From the NCBI GenBank assembly GCA_020137815.1, contig CM035360.1:7874001-7938000 (forward strand): DNA of 64,000 bases, read 5' to 3'. The DNA comes from Hormiphora californensis (taxonomy: Eukaryota > Animalia > Ctenophora). This document shows, one piece after another, positions 1 to 13,082 of the stretch. A program made the position numbers and the translations under genes. The notes under the pieces are model-generated. The model did no database searches. It saw nothing but the letters and a program-made list of their open reading frames with translations, and was not told the origin of the DNA. Every line of letters begins with the position of its first letter. The first letter of the stretch is position 1.

Positions 1-269
1 CTCCAAGCTTGTTTATCAAATGATCAAGTTTGATCAGTCTGTGCGACGGTATCATCTGGTGTTAAAGTGTTCCTTGGTTCAAAAGAAACAAGTTGGTGAA
101 GGTCCCATGCTTCTAGCTTGTGTTTGAAGCTTGCACGTGCATGCGTGTTCCTAGTTATGAAGGAATTTCAAACACAACATAGGGACGTCACCTTGGACAC
201 CAAGGAATATAACAAGCAATTAGTTTAGACATTATTCCAAATTTCGTTTTTGTGCACCTCTCACTTTAA

Positions 270-690
270 AGTGAGAGTGGACAGAATCAGAATTGGACAA
301 GTTTGTTGGAGGTACTTATAGAGCTCAAAATCGACCTATCCATCACGGAGGTATTTTTGTTACTCTCGGGGAATTCCTGTTTAATCAGTATCTATAAAAC
401 AGAATAGAAACAATGCTTGTGTTTTACGAACACATTCTTTAATATGCTGACTTGCATCGCTCTGCTTCTGTGCATGGACATTTCAACCTCACTGCTTATA
501 TTCAGAATGTGTTAGTAAAACACAACGATTGACTCTATTCTGTTTTATACATACTGATTAAACAGGAATTCCCCGAGAGTAACAAAAATATCTCAGTGAT
601 GGATGGGTCGATTTTGAGCGGCAAAAAGGCAAAATGCTCATATAGAACTAATCTCTACAACCTGAAACATCCAACAAACTTAGTTTGCTC
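270..690. mobile_element. Kolobok-like foldback MITE abutting the end of another copy at a shared TTAA (266-269)
   Basis: CTCTCACT-TTAA-AGTGAGAGTGGACAGAATCAG; internal inverted arms about 320-440 / 505-620; same family as 45371-49511. Confidence 0.7.
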
Positions 691-801
691 AACCTACTAA
701 TGAGAGTTGTTTCATCTTACAACTACTGTCACTTACTTTTTAAATCGTTTAAAATAAAATTAGTTTTATTATCTTTTTAGTTAAAAGAATATCTAACTAA
801 A

Positions 802-2987
802 ATGGATCATTCATCTTCCGCTGGAACCGTGGCCATTGAACCATTCAGTGAGATGGCAGAAAAAAATTCCAAAAAAGAGAGAGGCCCTGGTCACAGGGAG
901 AGAGAAAAGTCAAGTTGTACCAAAACAAGCTGTGATATAAACTCATTTTTTGACAATATCGCCAAACCTGCAATGGAAGAGGAGGAAGAAGAGGCAAAAG
1001 ATGGATTCGTTATTCCTGAACTTAATATTGGAACGCAAAGAAAACATCTTGCACGACGAAATACTGCTTCTGTTATGACGGTTTCAGGTAATAAAGACCG
1101 TCTTATAACTCGGTGATGCTGATCATGTGGTAAAACTGAATGTTATAAATAATATAAATGCAGGAAAACATATTTGAAAAAAGAGAAACAGGTCAAGCTG
1201 AATTTTTCTTTTAAACGACCCACCAGGAGGCGATATCGTGGAAGGAGAGAAGGAAAGCATTAGTATCAGAAATGTGAAAAAGTCAGCAAGGGCAAATTCC
1301 GTCACATCTGGACTAACCGGAAACTTCGTCAAGTAATTTATTAATTGAATAAAGTACATACTTACAATCACCCCCTTACAATAAGTATAGTCGTGCCACC
1401 AGTGTTATATTATATATATATATAATTATATTTTCTGTAGTGTTTTTCAAATAAAATTATGGGCCAATGCAACTCGGTAGTTAGTTAGCATCAATGTCAT
1501 TGCGTTTCATTTATTGGGTTAGAAGTGGCCATTGTTTGGGTTTGATGCTACTGCTAGGGCTAATATTATGGTTTTGGTTGGGTTAAGTAGTCATAGTTTG
1601 ACAGTTTGTGACCCAACAAAAAGTTGAAATAAAGCGGACAGAAAGTCACCTGAGATTTTTGACCATTAACGGGTGATAACTAAAAGATGTCACAAATTTA
1701 AAACAGCTGTAGAATTTTTCCCTTATGAGATATAGCTTCGGGCTAGTTATAGAACGATTTTTCAGACAATTTTGAATCGGAATAGTATACCGGCAAAACC
1801 TAAAAAGTTCATTTTTATTGCGATATCTGATCATTTCATCTTATTCCACCAAAGCATGTAGTACGGAGATTTAAAACTTCTATGTGATCAGAAATGACTT
1901 TTCCGATGAGATAAAATTCTAATAATTGGAGGTTTGGTTGTTCATGCTATAGTCAACATAACTGCCAAGTTTGAACATTTTAGCTCATTAAGAAATTGGT
2001 TTTCACGGTCATTAATGTTTCAAGAGATCGTCGAAATGGCGATTTCTCAAATTACCTGTAAACTAAGCTTTGTTACAGAAGATTCTGATCAGGAAATTGA
2101 GATTTATGAAGTTTGAAACAAAGTTAATTTCGTTCAAAATTGTCTGATAAATCATTCTATCACTGTCCCGAAGCTGAATCTTGAACAGAACAGGTGCTAG
2201 AGGTGCTAGAAAAGTGTGAACGTTTCACGTACTAAATGCTTTGGTGGGGCAAAAGGAAATGATGTGATATCGCAATGAAAACGAACTTTTTAGTCTTTGC
2301 CGGTATATTATTCCGATTCAAAATTGTCTGAAAAATCGTTTTATAACTGGCCCGAAGCTGTATCTCAAAAGGAAAAAATTATACAGCTGTTTTAAATTTG
2401 TGACATCTTTTAGTTATCACCCGTTATAACTCACTTCCAGTCCGCAGTTTTAGTCCGGAAGCTTTTAATGATGAGAACCAAATAAATCATTTTGGGAATG
2501 TCATAATATGTTACTGAAAATATGGTTTTTTTTTCTGTGAGCTGTAGCGTCGGCCACACTCAGGTGTCAGTATTCTCAAACTTATAATTAGCAAATTAAA
2601 AGTGGTCAGATCACATGAACCTCTGTAGTTGAAAGTAGGGAAACACGGCACTATGGATACATAGTGCTAATAATATTCTTCTTAAATAAAGATTACCATT
2701 TTATGTTAATACATAAATAATAACGTGTGTTTCAGTGAAGAAGAAGGTGGAAAGAACGGACAAGTTAAAGGAGCAAAGAAAGCTTATCCTAAACAAGGTT
2801 CAAAGGTATGTTAGTATCGAACTGAATAAATTATATATTGAAATAAACTTTAAACTCTTCTACCATAAAATCATACCCAAAATTTTTCTCTCTCTCTTTA
2901 TATCTTTCTATCTTTATATCTCTCGCTCTCTCTCTCACTCTCTTCTCTCTCACTCTCTCTCTCTCTCTCTCTCTCTCTCGCTTTCTT

Positions 2988-3080
<93 letters not shown>

Positions 3081-6000
3081 CTCTTTCTCTCTCTCTCTCG
3101 TTCTATCTTTCTATCTTTCTATCTCTCTCTCTCTCTTCTCTCTATATATCTATACTAGCGCACCCATTGGGTGCGCCTCAAGTAAGGCCTTTAACCCACC
3201 CGGCTTCGCCGGTTGGTTCTTTTCGCCCTTTCAACGTCAATAACACGGTTGTCATGGCAACTGAATTGGTAACTATGGGGACTGGCATGTTAAAAGGCAT
3301 TCGAAAATATTAACAAACTTCCACTGAAAGACTAAAGTTCCAAAACTGTGAGTAACAGCTTTACAGCTTTGGGCACATAGAGTGTTTTATGAAGGAGCAG
3401 TCTGTCGCTTAGATACCGCTGAACGAACGACTATATCTATTTAAGTATATATCTACCTATCTATCTATCTATCTATCTTTCTATCTCTCTTCCCCTCTTT
3501 CTCTCTATCTATCTCTCTCCCTCTCTCTCTTTTTCGTTTTGGGAATTTGCGAATCGTAGTAGCTAAGCAGGAAAATTTTCGCTATAATCGAGAAAATTAC
3601 CGAATAGATTTCAACATAGCGATCTGAAGGGTCTGACCGAAAAATATGGTTGGAAAATTTTCCTTTTTGTCCGTGAGTCGAACTAGAATTGTGGCTAGTT
3701 GAGAAATGGCTCCGAAAAAAAAATTCCAAAAAATAGCACGGCCATTGGGCATATAATACCACATTTCGTTGACTACTCACCCTTACGACCACACATTTCA
3801 GGAACTATTACTTGGGGAGAGACGAGGAAGTACCCCGTTTAAACGAACCTTCCGGCGAGGGGTAAGTTAAAATATTGATAGCGCGGCTGGGGGAGGGGAA
3901 TGCGCTTGTCAGCGCAGTGATAGCACATGTGGGACTATACTGTCATGTATGAATATAACAGCGACAACCCAAAGATGCATTTGAAAGAAATTATTAATGG
4001 AATAAATAAAACGAGTTGTAGGAAGAATGTATATATTAAGCCAAAAACTAATTGAAATTAGTTGGCGGGAAAGGTGGTCCACTTACACCTGTTGCTGCTG
4101 CCGGGTATCACCACGAACTCTCATTCTCTCCCTCGGTATCTCAATCTGTTATTTTTCGAGGGTAATTTATTCCTGTTCGTTCTATCCCTCTCTCCTCCCT
4201 GTCTCTCTGTCTCTGTCCCTCTCTCTCTCTCTCTCTGTGCATCACGATATATTTTGTAAAGTTTCACTGACCATGCACAGTGGTCAGGAAAGGGAGTTTT
4301 TGCTCGAAAAACGTTCAATTTGCTGAATTTTTCGTCAAATTTTTGACTTCCAACGCGATTAAGGGCTCAAAATGATGAGCTACGAAAATTCGCTATCTGT
4401 ATCTGAAACGGTGACAGTGGTTAGAGAGAAATAGACAATGGTTGCAATTGTACTGATTGGGTCTGCAACATGATGATGATACACAGTACACCCATGAAAT
4501 TAGTCAGTGTGTATTGCTTCCTTTCGCTTCTATTTCACAGTCCATATTTGTACCAACTACCACTGCACACTGTGGACACATTGAGGGCACATTGTGGATA
4601 GGGTGAGGCCATATTGCGCACAACGTTTCCACAATGTGTCCTCCACGTGTCCTCAATGTGTCCACAATGTGTCCTCCACGTGTCCTCAATGTGTCCTCAA
4701 TGGGTACACAATGTGTCCTCAATGGGTCCACAATGTGTCCGTAATGTGTCCTCAAACGTTCCGTAAGCAGTATGTCATTCTACCTAAAATCGGTCGACCC
4801 CCTCTCTGGGACCCGTTCCAGATAGGGATTTACTCATAAAGTCCCGTTCCAGGGAGGGTTGATATGTGTCTCATCTCAATAGTTCCGGATAGATAGTAAA
4901 ATGATCCAGACAGGACTTATTTCTCTTTCTCTCTCACTCTCCCTGTCAATCCTTCGCGATCTATTCTCTATCTCTATCTCTATCTCTCCCTCTCCCACAC
5001 TCTTTCTAACTCTCTCTTCCTCATGCTTTCTCTCTTCCCTCTCTCATTCCCTCTTTATCTCTCTTTTGAAAGTATGGTTCTCAGTTAATAATAAGAGTAT
5101 ATTAGCCTGATCCAATAAAGTAATGACAATTTTGTTGAATTGGTATTTCAATTTCCACCTCATAATCGACACACAGTGTGTAACTTCATTCTTACTTACG
5201 TGTTGATACGAAATTATGTCCCATATTCATGTAAAATGATTTATACAAGATAATATTTAATTCCATGTAAAACAAAAACGTTTTGTTCTGACTCCGTATA
5301 GAGGCTACAGTATTTTCAGGCGATGACAGTTCAGTATGTCAATCCAGTCTCTCATGCCATTTACACTCACTGCAGTTCGCTTTTGCAACATTGTAATCCT
5401 TCTCTGTATACAATTACTATATGAATGTTGGTAGCTTGACACGTTATACAGTTTGCTGTCCCACTTCCCAGCTCGAGCTGGGAACCGCCAACTAGAGTTT
5501 AATCGCCCCGAGAGGGCAATTAAATTGGTTTAAATCATGCACAGAAATACAGATTACAGTACGATGAATACCTAGTGCAGATCTTATTCGTGTTCTTATA
5601 TTATTTTAAGTTGATACTTTTGCTCATCAAACTAGTATGTATAATCGCCAGATAACATATCCTAATTCATCTTTGTCACGTGCATCTGATACCCGACAGC
5701 TTGATTTCCTGTCATCACTACCCAACAGAAAACTGTCTAAATCGGATGTAAGTAAATACATATAGGCAATGTTAGCTTAATATGGTTGTTTCAGTAGGCC
5801 ACAAGAGAGCTCTATCGGCGTGGAACCGAGAGCAGAGTACAACAAATAGAAACACGTTGGTTTACAAACCAACGTGTTTCTATTTGTTGCAATGTTAGCT
5901 TATGTTGATTCGTCACACTGTGACATGACTCACAGTAGAGGAACTCCTTTTTATTGTAAAGTAACAACGACACCAACAACAACAACAACAACCCCATCCT

Positions 6001-9000
6001 ACAGAGGAGCAACCTTGCCGTCGGTTTGGTGGGCTTCGTCCTCTTCGGGGGATCAACGAATGCTCCTCATCAAGGGAACTGCCCCGGGCAGTCCCAAAAA
6101 CCTCAACAAACCCCAGAGAAGACATACAAGGACAACAGACGGTATATTTTTTTCCCGACCCGCAGAAGGCTGGCTAGGTCTCCTCCTGCTGCGGGGCGGG
6201 GATATCGAGACGAACCCAGGACCTAAATGTCACTCATGCTCCGGAACAATCAGAGTCAACTCCACCCCCTACCATGCTCCACAACCGGCTGCCCAGAGAT
6301 TTGCCACAAATCTATAACCTGTAGTGGAATCAGTAGATACAATCTCAAACCATCATGGAAATGTACCAACCACGGAGGTGTATCACCGTTCAACCAGTCT
6401 ACTGACACCGATGACTCCAGCCAAGAGGTGGAACAGAGAACCTGCTCGACGTGCAACAAAACGATCAACGTTGGCATAGTCCCCATTAAATGCAGTGTAC
6501 AAAGTTGCCACAGCTGGTCACACAAACAGGAAAAATGTAGTGGTATAGAGAGGTACCAGCTAGACAAATCTAAATGGCTCTGAGCTTCACACAGTTCAAA
6601 CTCAAGAAGCTTCCCTCCACCATTCCCAAGAGGTGCAAGGGTACCGAACCCGAGCACTAGCACCCCATGGAGAGCCTCCAACCCTACAAACTCCCTCCCA
6701 CCTCCTCGAGTTCTATTCCCCCTGTCACCTCCCCTCCCTTCGAGCTCATCGGATAGCTCGCAGTGCCATGGTCTACTCAGCCCACATAGCATATTCAGAT
6801 TCACCCCAACCTCAGCATCCCCCAGGACAACCAGACATCCTTCCCCTTCAGCTCCACCCCAGCCCCATCTTTTTCGGGGGATGGATGGGGTCACCTTTGC
6901 GCTTGCCAGCGCAGTGATATATACTATTATTATATTATATTATATATTTATCTGTATCAGGTTATATTAAAATATATATAATAAGTAGAATGAGGTAGAA
7001 ATTAACAGCGTGTTTCACACTATCCTTTACCATGAAAGATAGCTAAGGAAAAGATAGACAGTTATAAAAATAAGAGAGAAATAATGAAAAGTGAAACTCT
7101 TCCAAAGGAATTAATTGACCTTGCAAGAGGAAGAATTAAAAACGACGTAGAAAGAGAGAGAGAGAGAGAGAGAAGAAGAAGAAGAGAGAGAGGAGAAGAG
7201 AGATCGATGATAGAGAGAGAGAGGAGAGATAGAGAGATGAGAGAGAGATAGAGAGAGAGAGCGAAGAGAGAGAGAGAGATAGAGATCAGGAAGATATAGA
7301 TCTTAATTTAAGTCAAATAGTCTTTTACTCTTACTATACGAGTTGTTTATAACATACACGCTGTGAAATGTTGAGTAGTCAATACCTCTCAGTCCCTACT
7401 GTTCATATTCCCTCTTTCAAGGCCGCCATTCCTTCCATACAGGTACCATGACAACGGCCAATCGACAACATTAGCCGTTTCCGTTCACTTCAGGCCATTA
7501 GGTGCAATTGAGGGGTGTGTCCACTGTCCAGCCCGGATGGGCTGCCAGATTGTTTTTTACAAAAATAACAAATTCATTTTTAGATGGTTTATCATCTTTG
7601 AAGTCCATTTTTATTCAACTGTTAAGGCCTCGTGCTCAGGCGTCAACTCGTGCTACGCTACACGTTAATATGTGATAGACATATAAAAAAATTCCGCACT
7701 CGACTTTGGGGGTGAACAGTTGAAGAAAAAAAAGGACTTTATGTTACATACTGGGTGTTCATTTTGGATCTTTACAAGCGTTTTCACTTCACTCACCCGA
7801 AAACAAGTTAACAAGATTAGGAAAGGTCCCCCATGACAAACTTCATACTTGGACTATTCTATACCCTCATTCAAGGTTCCGGGGGGTTTTGGAGCTTTAG
7901 GACCCCGGGAAGTGTGTTTTTGGCATCAAAACTATCAGAAGGAATTTTTTTTGCTGGTGCTGAGACTTTGCTAAAATGTTTTTTGGGTATTTTCTATGTC
8001 AATCCTAAAGTTTCATAGAGATTAGATGTGTTTTTAAGACTCAAAATTTCCTAAAAAGTGGTTGGAAAGACTCAATTTTAGCCGTTTTTGAGCTGTTTTC
8101 GAGCCTTTCCAGCCACTTTTATCGAAATTTTGAGTCTGAAAAACACATCTAATCTCTATGAAACTTTAGGATTGACATAGAAAATACCCAAAAAACATTT
8201 TAGCAAAGTCTAAGTATGAAGTTTCATGACCTAATCTTGTCAACTTTTTTCTGGGTGAAGGCCAACGCTTGTAAAGATCCAAAATGAACACCATGTATGT
8301 TACATATGCGAATAAATCTTGATTTACACTTTATTAAATAAATAATATTTATAAAGGGATACACCAGGTTACAATTGAATTTTTAAAATTGTTTAGTTTC
8401 TCACTCAATTCTACAGAGGTGGAGTAGCAATTAACGACTGTGAAAACGCGAGATCTCTACGCCCTTTCATATCAGATATAATATGGCCCCTCAATTATCA
8501 CAGAGAGAATCATGTGTGTTCTCCCTCCGTTTCAGGGATAGCGGGTGAGGGCATACGTTAACATATGATAATACTGTGTGATAATTGAGAGACCATATAT
8601 CTCTGATATGAAAGGGCGTAGAGATCTCGCGTTTTCACAGTTGTTAATTGCTACCCCACCTCTGTAGAATTGAGTGAGAAACTAAACAATTGTAAAACTA
8701 AACAATTGTAAAACTAAACAATTGTAAAAAGTCAATTGTAACCTGGTGTATCCCTATAGGGATAATTATAATTATGTGTGGACTAGTTTTTCCTAAATTT
8801 TTCGTCAATTTCAGACGTTTTTAGCATGATTCAAGTTAATACTGCTATAGCACACAGACTAATATTGTAGTGTTTAACATAGAATTGTGTCAACAAAACC
8901 TAATATGTATATGTTCATACAGTCGGACCCCGATTTAGCAGTACCCCTATTTAACCCTTTGAGGCCCATATTTCACCCCGCTATACCGGGTACCCGATTT

Positions 9001-9228
9001 ACCGTGCAAAATGCTTTCCCCCGAGCTAACGAGCTTCCCTGTAAATCGGGTTGCAGCTGTGTTTAAATATGAATGGTCTCATTTCAGAGTAAAATGGGGG
9101 ATGGAGCACAGACTTTGCCCAGACGAACAAGGAAGGTCAGCGTTTTGGATCCCGTCAGCAAGATTGTACCTCATGTTTTGAGAAAACAGTCAACAGTAGT
9201 TCAACATGTATCATTTGAGGACCAAGAG
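802..9228 (+). CDS. Probable 5' coding exons (hydrophilic N-terminal extension) of the CACNB-like gene
   Basis: Exons 802-1087, 1227-1332, 2736-2805, 3802-3861 and 9088-9228 have canonical AG/GT borders and join in frame without stops (221 codons, MDHSSSAGTV...VSFEDQE). The link to exon 19600 needs at least one more phase 0-to-2 exon that I could not identify. 11480-11554 (LGNAMLNGAVLKRRGDREINRDLSG) is a candidate phase 2-2 exon. Confidence 0.6.
1669..2424. mobile_element. TA-flanked MITE with long TIRs
   Basis: ACGGGTGATAACTAAAAGATGTCACAAATTT ... AAATTTGTGACATCTTTTAGTTATCACCCGT, with TA on both sides. Confidence 0.8.
5993..6068 (+). ncRNA. HDV-like self-cleaving ribozyme fold at the LINE 5' end
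   Basis: P1 cccatc 5993-5998 / ggtggg 6028-6033; P2 gaggagca 6004-6011 / tgctcctc 6061-6068; P3 acc/ggt closing L3 ttgccgtc; P4 tcctc-TTCG-gggga; J4/2 CGAA (C6057) directly before P2'. Confidence 0.75.
5993..6885 (+). mobile_element. 5' remnant of an Ingi/RTE-type non-LTR retrotransposon (ribozyme, 2A-like peptide, two PHD-like Cys/His fingers); pseudogenised
   Basis: ORF from ATG 6060 reads ...LLLLRGGDIETNPGP then KCHSC...CSTTGC..CH...C...WKC and TCSTC...CSVQSC..SH...C...WL*. There is a frameshift near 6265, a stop at 6581, a Pro-rich linker afterwards, and no APE or RT domain left. Confidence 0.8.
7751..8295. mobile_element. Tc1-like foldback MITE
   Basis: TIR GGTGTTCATTTTGGATCTTTACAAGCG and its inverse; internal inverted arms. 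Confidence 0.75.
8355..8755. mobile_element. Foldback MITE (AGGGATACACCAGG termini, possibly Kolobok-type)
   Basis: Near-perfect inverted arms of about 160 bp; a short tandem AAACTAAACAATTGTA expansion in the right arm. Confidence 0.75.
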
Positions 9229-10487
9229 GTATGTACTGCTTACTTATTATATTACAAGGGGACGAAGAATGTTGATGTAATGCGGGTTTTCAAGTGAAGT
9301 GGTTGAGGCTCGCCCTCGCAGTGGAGTGTGTGTTTGGATATGGGTATACCCATACTGTCATACACCTGTCAAGGCCAAAAGGGGGACGCAGTGAGGGACC
9401 CCAGTCGACACATTCATTCCGGGCAACTAGGTATAGATCGAACGGTGGTCTCAGATTATCTAGATTGCCGGTGCGTAATAAAGTCCAATTTTTTAAGCGA
9501 CAGGCCACTGCGCATTCAAAGAAGTTGTGCAGCGTTGTATTTGTGCGTGACAATTCGAGAAACCTTTTCGCTTATATATATGTAGTATATAGTATATATA
9601 TATATATATATATAGTATATATATATACATAGTATATAACTGTTGATGTGCACTATCCCGGTACCGTAAAAGGAGCTCAGGCGGGATCGCTGCGAGTTTT
9701 ACAACTTCATATGGTGATCAGTATATACCGACGATCAAAGTGATAAAAGAACTTACTATTTCGTATGTTTGCAGTATTCATCTCTCTGAGTTTGATCATT
9801 GGTTCTCCAACGTTTTGTTCGTTCTCTCTTTACTTGCTGCATTTAAAACCCTCAGTGTATGGAAAAGTAGAGAATGGCGGTGAGATCTTGTGTGAGTAAC
9901 TCCAATTGTTGCTGTCGTATATCAACTGTTTTTGAAGAGAGCATAATAGCCGGAACAGTGACGCAAAAAAAAAGCAAGAACAGATGCACGTACAGGTGCA
10001 GTACAGTAGTCTGTAGCACCGGCCCCCGCCCCCACCCCTGGCCCCACTCCAGTAGCACTCCACCTCTATACCTGCACGTGCTAAAAGTCATAAATGTACA
10101 TGGTCAAAAAACGTCACCAATAAATAGTATGATTGAGGCATGTACAATGTACATATTAACTTTGTACACCGACTCAATGGAAAAAATTGAAGACAGCTAG
10201 CTTGAAAATCATAATCAACACTCCCAAATGACGAAAACACTGACTTTTTGGCTCAAAACCCTATTTGTGTTGGGTATAAATTGGGTACAAAGTTAGTTCC
10301 CAGATAAAGCCTATGTTTGTTATGTGTAATTTTAGTGTGCCGCATGGGGAAGTGATGATATCCGGCTTGATTAGTACGTGTAAATAAGCCCTTCTTTCAC
10401 AGAGTGGTACATCTTTTCTAAGATAGAGAAAAGGGAGGGAAAAGGGGGGACGAAAAGAGGGGAGAGAGAGGAAGAGGAGATAGAGAT

Positions 10488-10523
<36 letters not shown>

Positions 10524-10581
10524 GCGAGAGAGAGAGAGAGACGAGAGGAGAAGAGAGAGGAGAGAGCAGAGAGGGAGGAGG

Positions 10582-10623
<42 letters not shown>

Positions 10624-13082
10624 CTAGAGCAAGAGAGAGAGAGAGCGAGAAGCGAGAGGAGAGAGAGAGCGTAGAGAGAGACGAACTCAGAGAGAGAGAG
10701 ATGCGAGAGCGAGAGAGATGAGATCGGCGCTCTAGTAGTAGCGAGAGAGAAGGTCGCGAGCTAGAGCTTCGCATTCTCTCTCTCTCTCCTCTATCTCTCT
10801 CTCTTCTTACTCTCTTACTCTCTCTCTCTCTCTCTCTTACTCTCTTACTCTCTCTCTCTCTCTCTCTCTTACTCTCACCCTTTCTTCTTTTCATGTTTTA
10901 TTATAATAGCCCTCTAATAGAAGGAGTTTTCATACTTTATTCTGGTTGCCAATAACTATTTTCACACAAAAAGCGATGTTAAATGTGACAACACTGTCAA
11001 TTATTAAAGCCGATAATTGTATGTTCGCTGTTCACAGTTTCAGTCACTTGCATCTATAATAGGTCTATATGATACACTGGACGCTTCTAATTTTAACCTA
11101 CTAATTTACCTAACATGTTGTTGTACATAACCGTTTTTTGGCTATAGCTACTTAGGAATGGTTTAGGGACTTTTCACTGGTGCTATTTTGTTCAGAAAAA
11201 AAAAGATCTTAGAGTTGTTGTTAAAGGCCTATCTCTTACCATTTTGGCGTTATTTGCAGTCAAAGTAGGCCATATCAGCCGAAAATGAGCAAAGTGCATG
11301 CTTGAGATGCAACCGGTGGGCGCGCTAGTCTCTTTTATAGTTTATAACGTCGACGTCGTTGGTTTAGTGCGTTGATAAGCAACAGTGATCCTTCTTAAAT
11401 ATTTTTTTTTGTGCACAAATAAGTAAAGCTGTTTTTGGTGCTTTGGCAGTTAGTGATAATTTTCGAGAAAACATTTTAGATTGGGCAATGCGATGTTAAA
11501 TGGGGCTGTGTTGAAAAGGAGAGGCGATCGCGAGATCAACAGGGATTTATCTGGGTATTCCTTGGTGGCTCCTTGGTGCAGAGAACAGCATTTCTATCAT
11601 TTTTTGAAAACCGAGCTAACACATGTTAGACGTACCACTAATGGGCCCATATATGAACTATGAAGGCCAAGGTTTGTAGCTTGGCGCGTTATCAAGTTGG
11701 CTTTTCACAGCGTGAGCTGGGGAGAGCCAACTGGAGTTTAATCGCCCGGCAGGGCGATTAAACTGGTTTAAATCACGACGCCGATCCCGAGGCGCCAGCC
11801 GAGGGTGAGGGGGAGGTGATTTAAACCTATAACGCGATAAGCTAACAAACTTTCATAGTTTATGAAACCCGATAGCAATTACAGACTAACAAGAGACACA
11901 ACACAAGGTAAAACACGTCAACAGACGTCCCCAAACTGTGTGTAGACTAACTGGCACCTAGTTGCAACTGTTCCTAACATATTTGAGAAAGAGAGAGCAA
12001 GATTGGGTAAACACACACACACACACATTTAGCTATTCACCGGCTGGGTATAGGGATGAGGTACTGGCAAGATATAGTGGGATCGCTACTGCCCACAAGT
12101 CAAGTCTATTCCGATATACGAGTTTAAAAGGATTGGGTGGTCTCAGGGACCGTCTAAGCTTCGCTCCCCGTTAACATTGCCTGAAACCGGGGGTCCACTT
12201 AGCTCTCATACGCACTCGGCCATTACTTCCCAACCAGTATATACTGGATTTCGCTTCCTCTTATACTGGTAATTCGGAATAGAAACCAAAGGTAGCTCAA
12301 ATCATAGGGCAACCTTTCCGGCCTACTAATTTCAATTAGTTTTGGTATAATTTGCATCATTTTTGGGATTTTTAATCATTTTGACGTCATAACGCAACGT
12401 CACGACGTTATGGCGTCATTATAACTACGTAATCTCATCGGGACAACCTAGATGAAGATATTGACCAAGTTTGAGATCGATTGGATGAGATTTGAGTCCG
12501 CTATGGCGAAAAAACCCATATCGATTAGAATCCGTCTCCAGGGTGTAAATTGAGCTCAAAGAATTTTGGTCAGAGTCTGAAAAATGACGACTTTAAGACG
12601 CTCTGTAGGACGTTCCTGGCGATGAAAAGGGACCCCACCTGTACCTCAACTAATACACACACATCCAGTTAAGTAGATCTACCAGCTGTGAAAACGAGAA
12701 ATTGTTACCTCTTTTCGTTTGGCTTGAATATGGTTTATAAAAAGCGTCTATCCTATGCACACACACGCGGTCTGTTACACTGAATCTTCAGCAAATGGGA
12801 CCAGTCTGTAACTTCAGTCCCAGATGAGATAAAGACTTGAAATTTTAAACTTAAGTAAAAGACCCCAAGCCGGGTATACATTCCAAATTTTAAGTCAATC
12901 GGATGAAAGGGAGCGACGCTATAACCTTTCGAAATCCGGTTTTTCACCCATAAAACGTAAAACTGCGTTTCTGGCGGCGCTTTTGGGGGGAGGGGGAATG
13001 GCAACCTTTGCGCTTGCCAGCGCAGTGATATGGGCGTCGCGTGAGTGCATCATATCTGCCCAGTAATGGACATTGTATAATA

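Noticed and set aside
10418-10894. SL/RE-repeat ORFs (also 2735-3313 beyond the exon, 16363-16963, 57560-57858) and IY-repeat ORFs near 50000
   Set aside because: They are microsatellite read-through.
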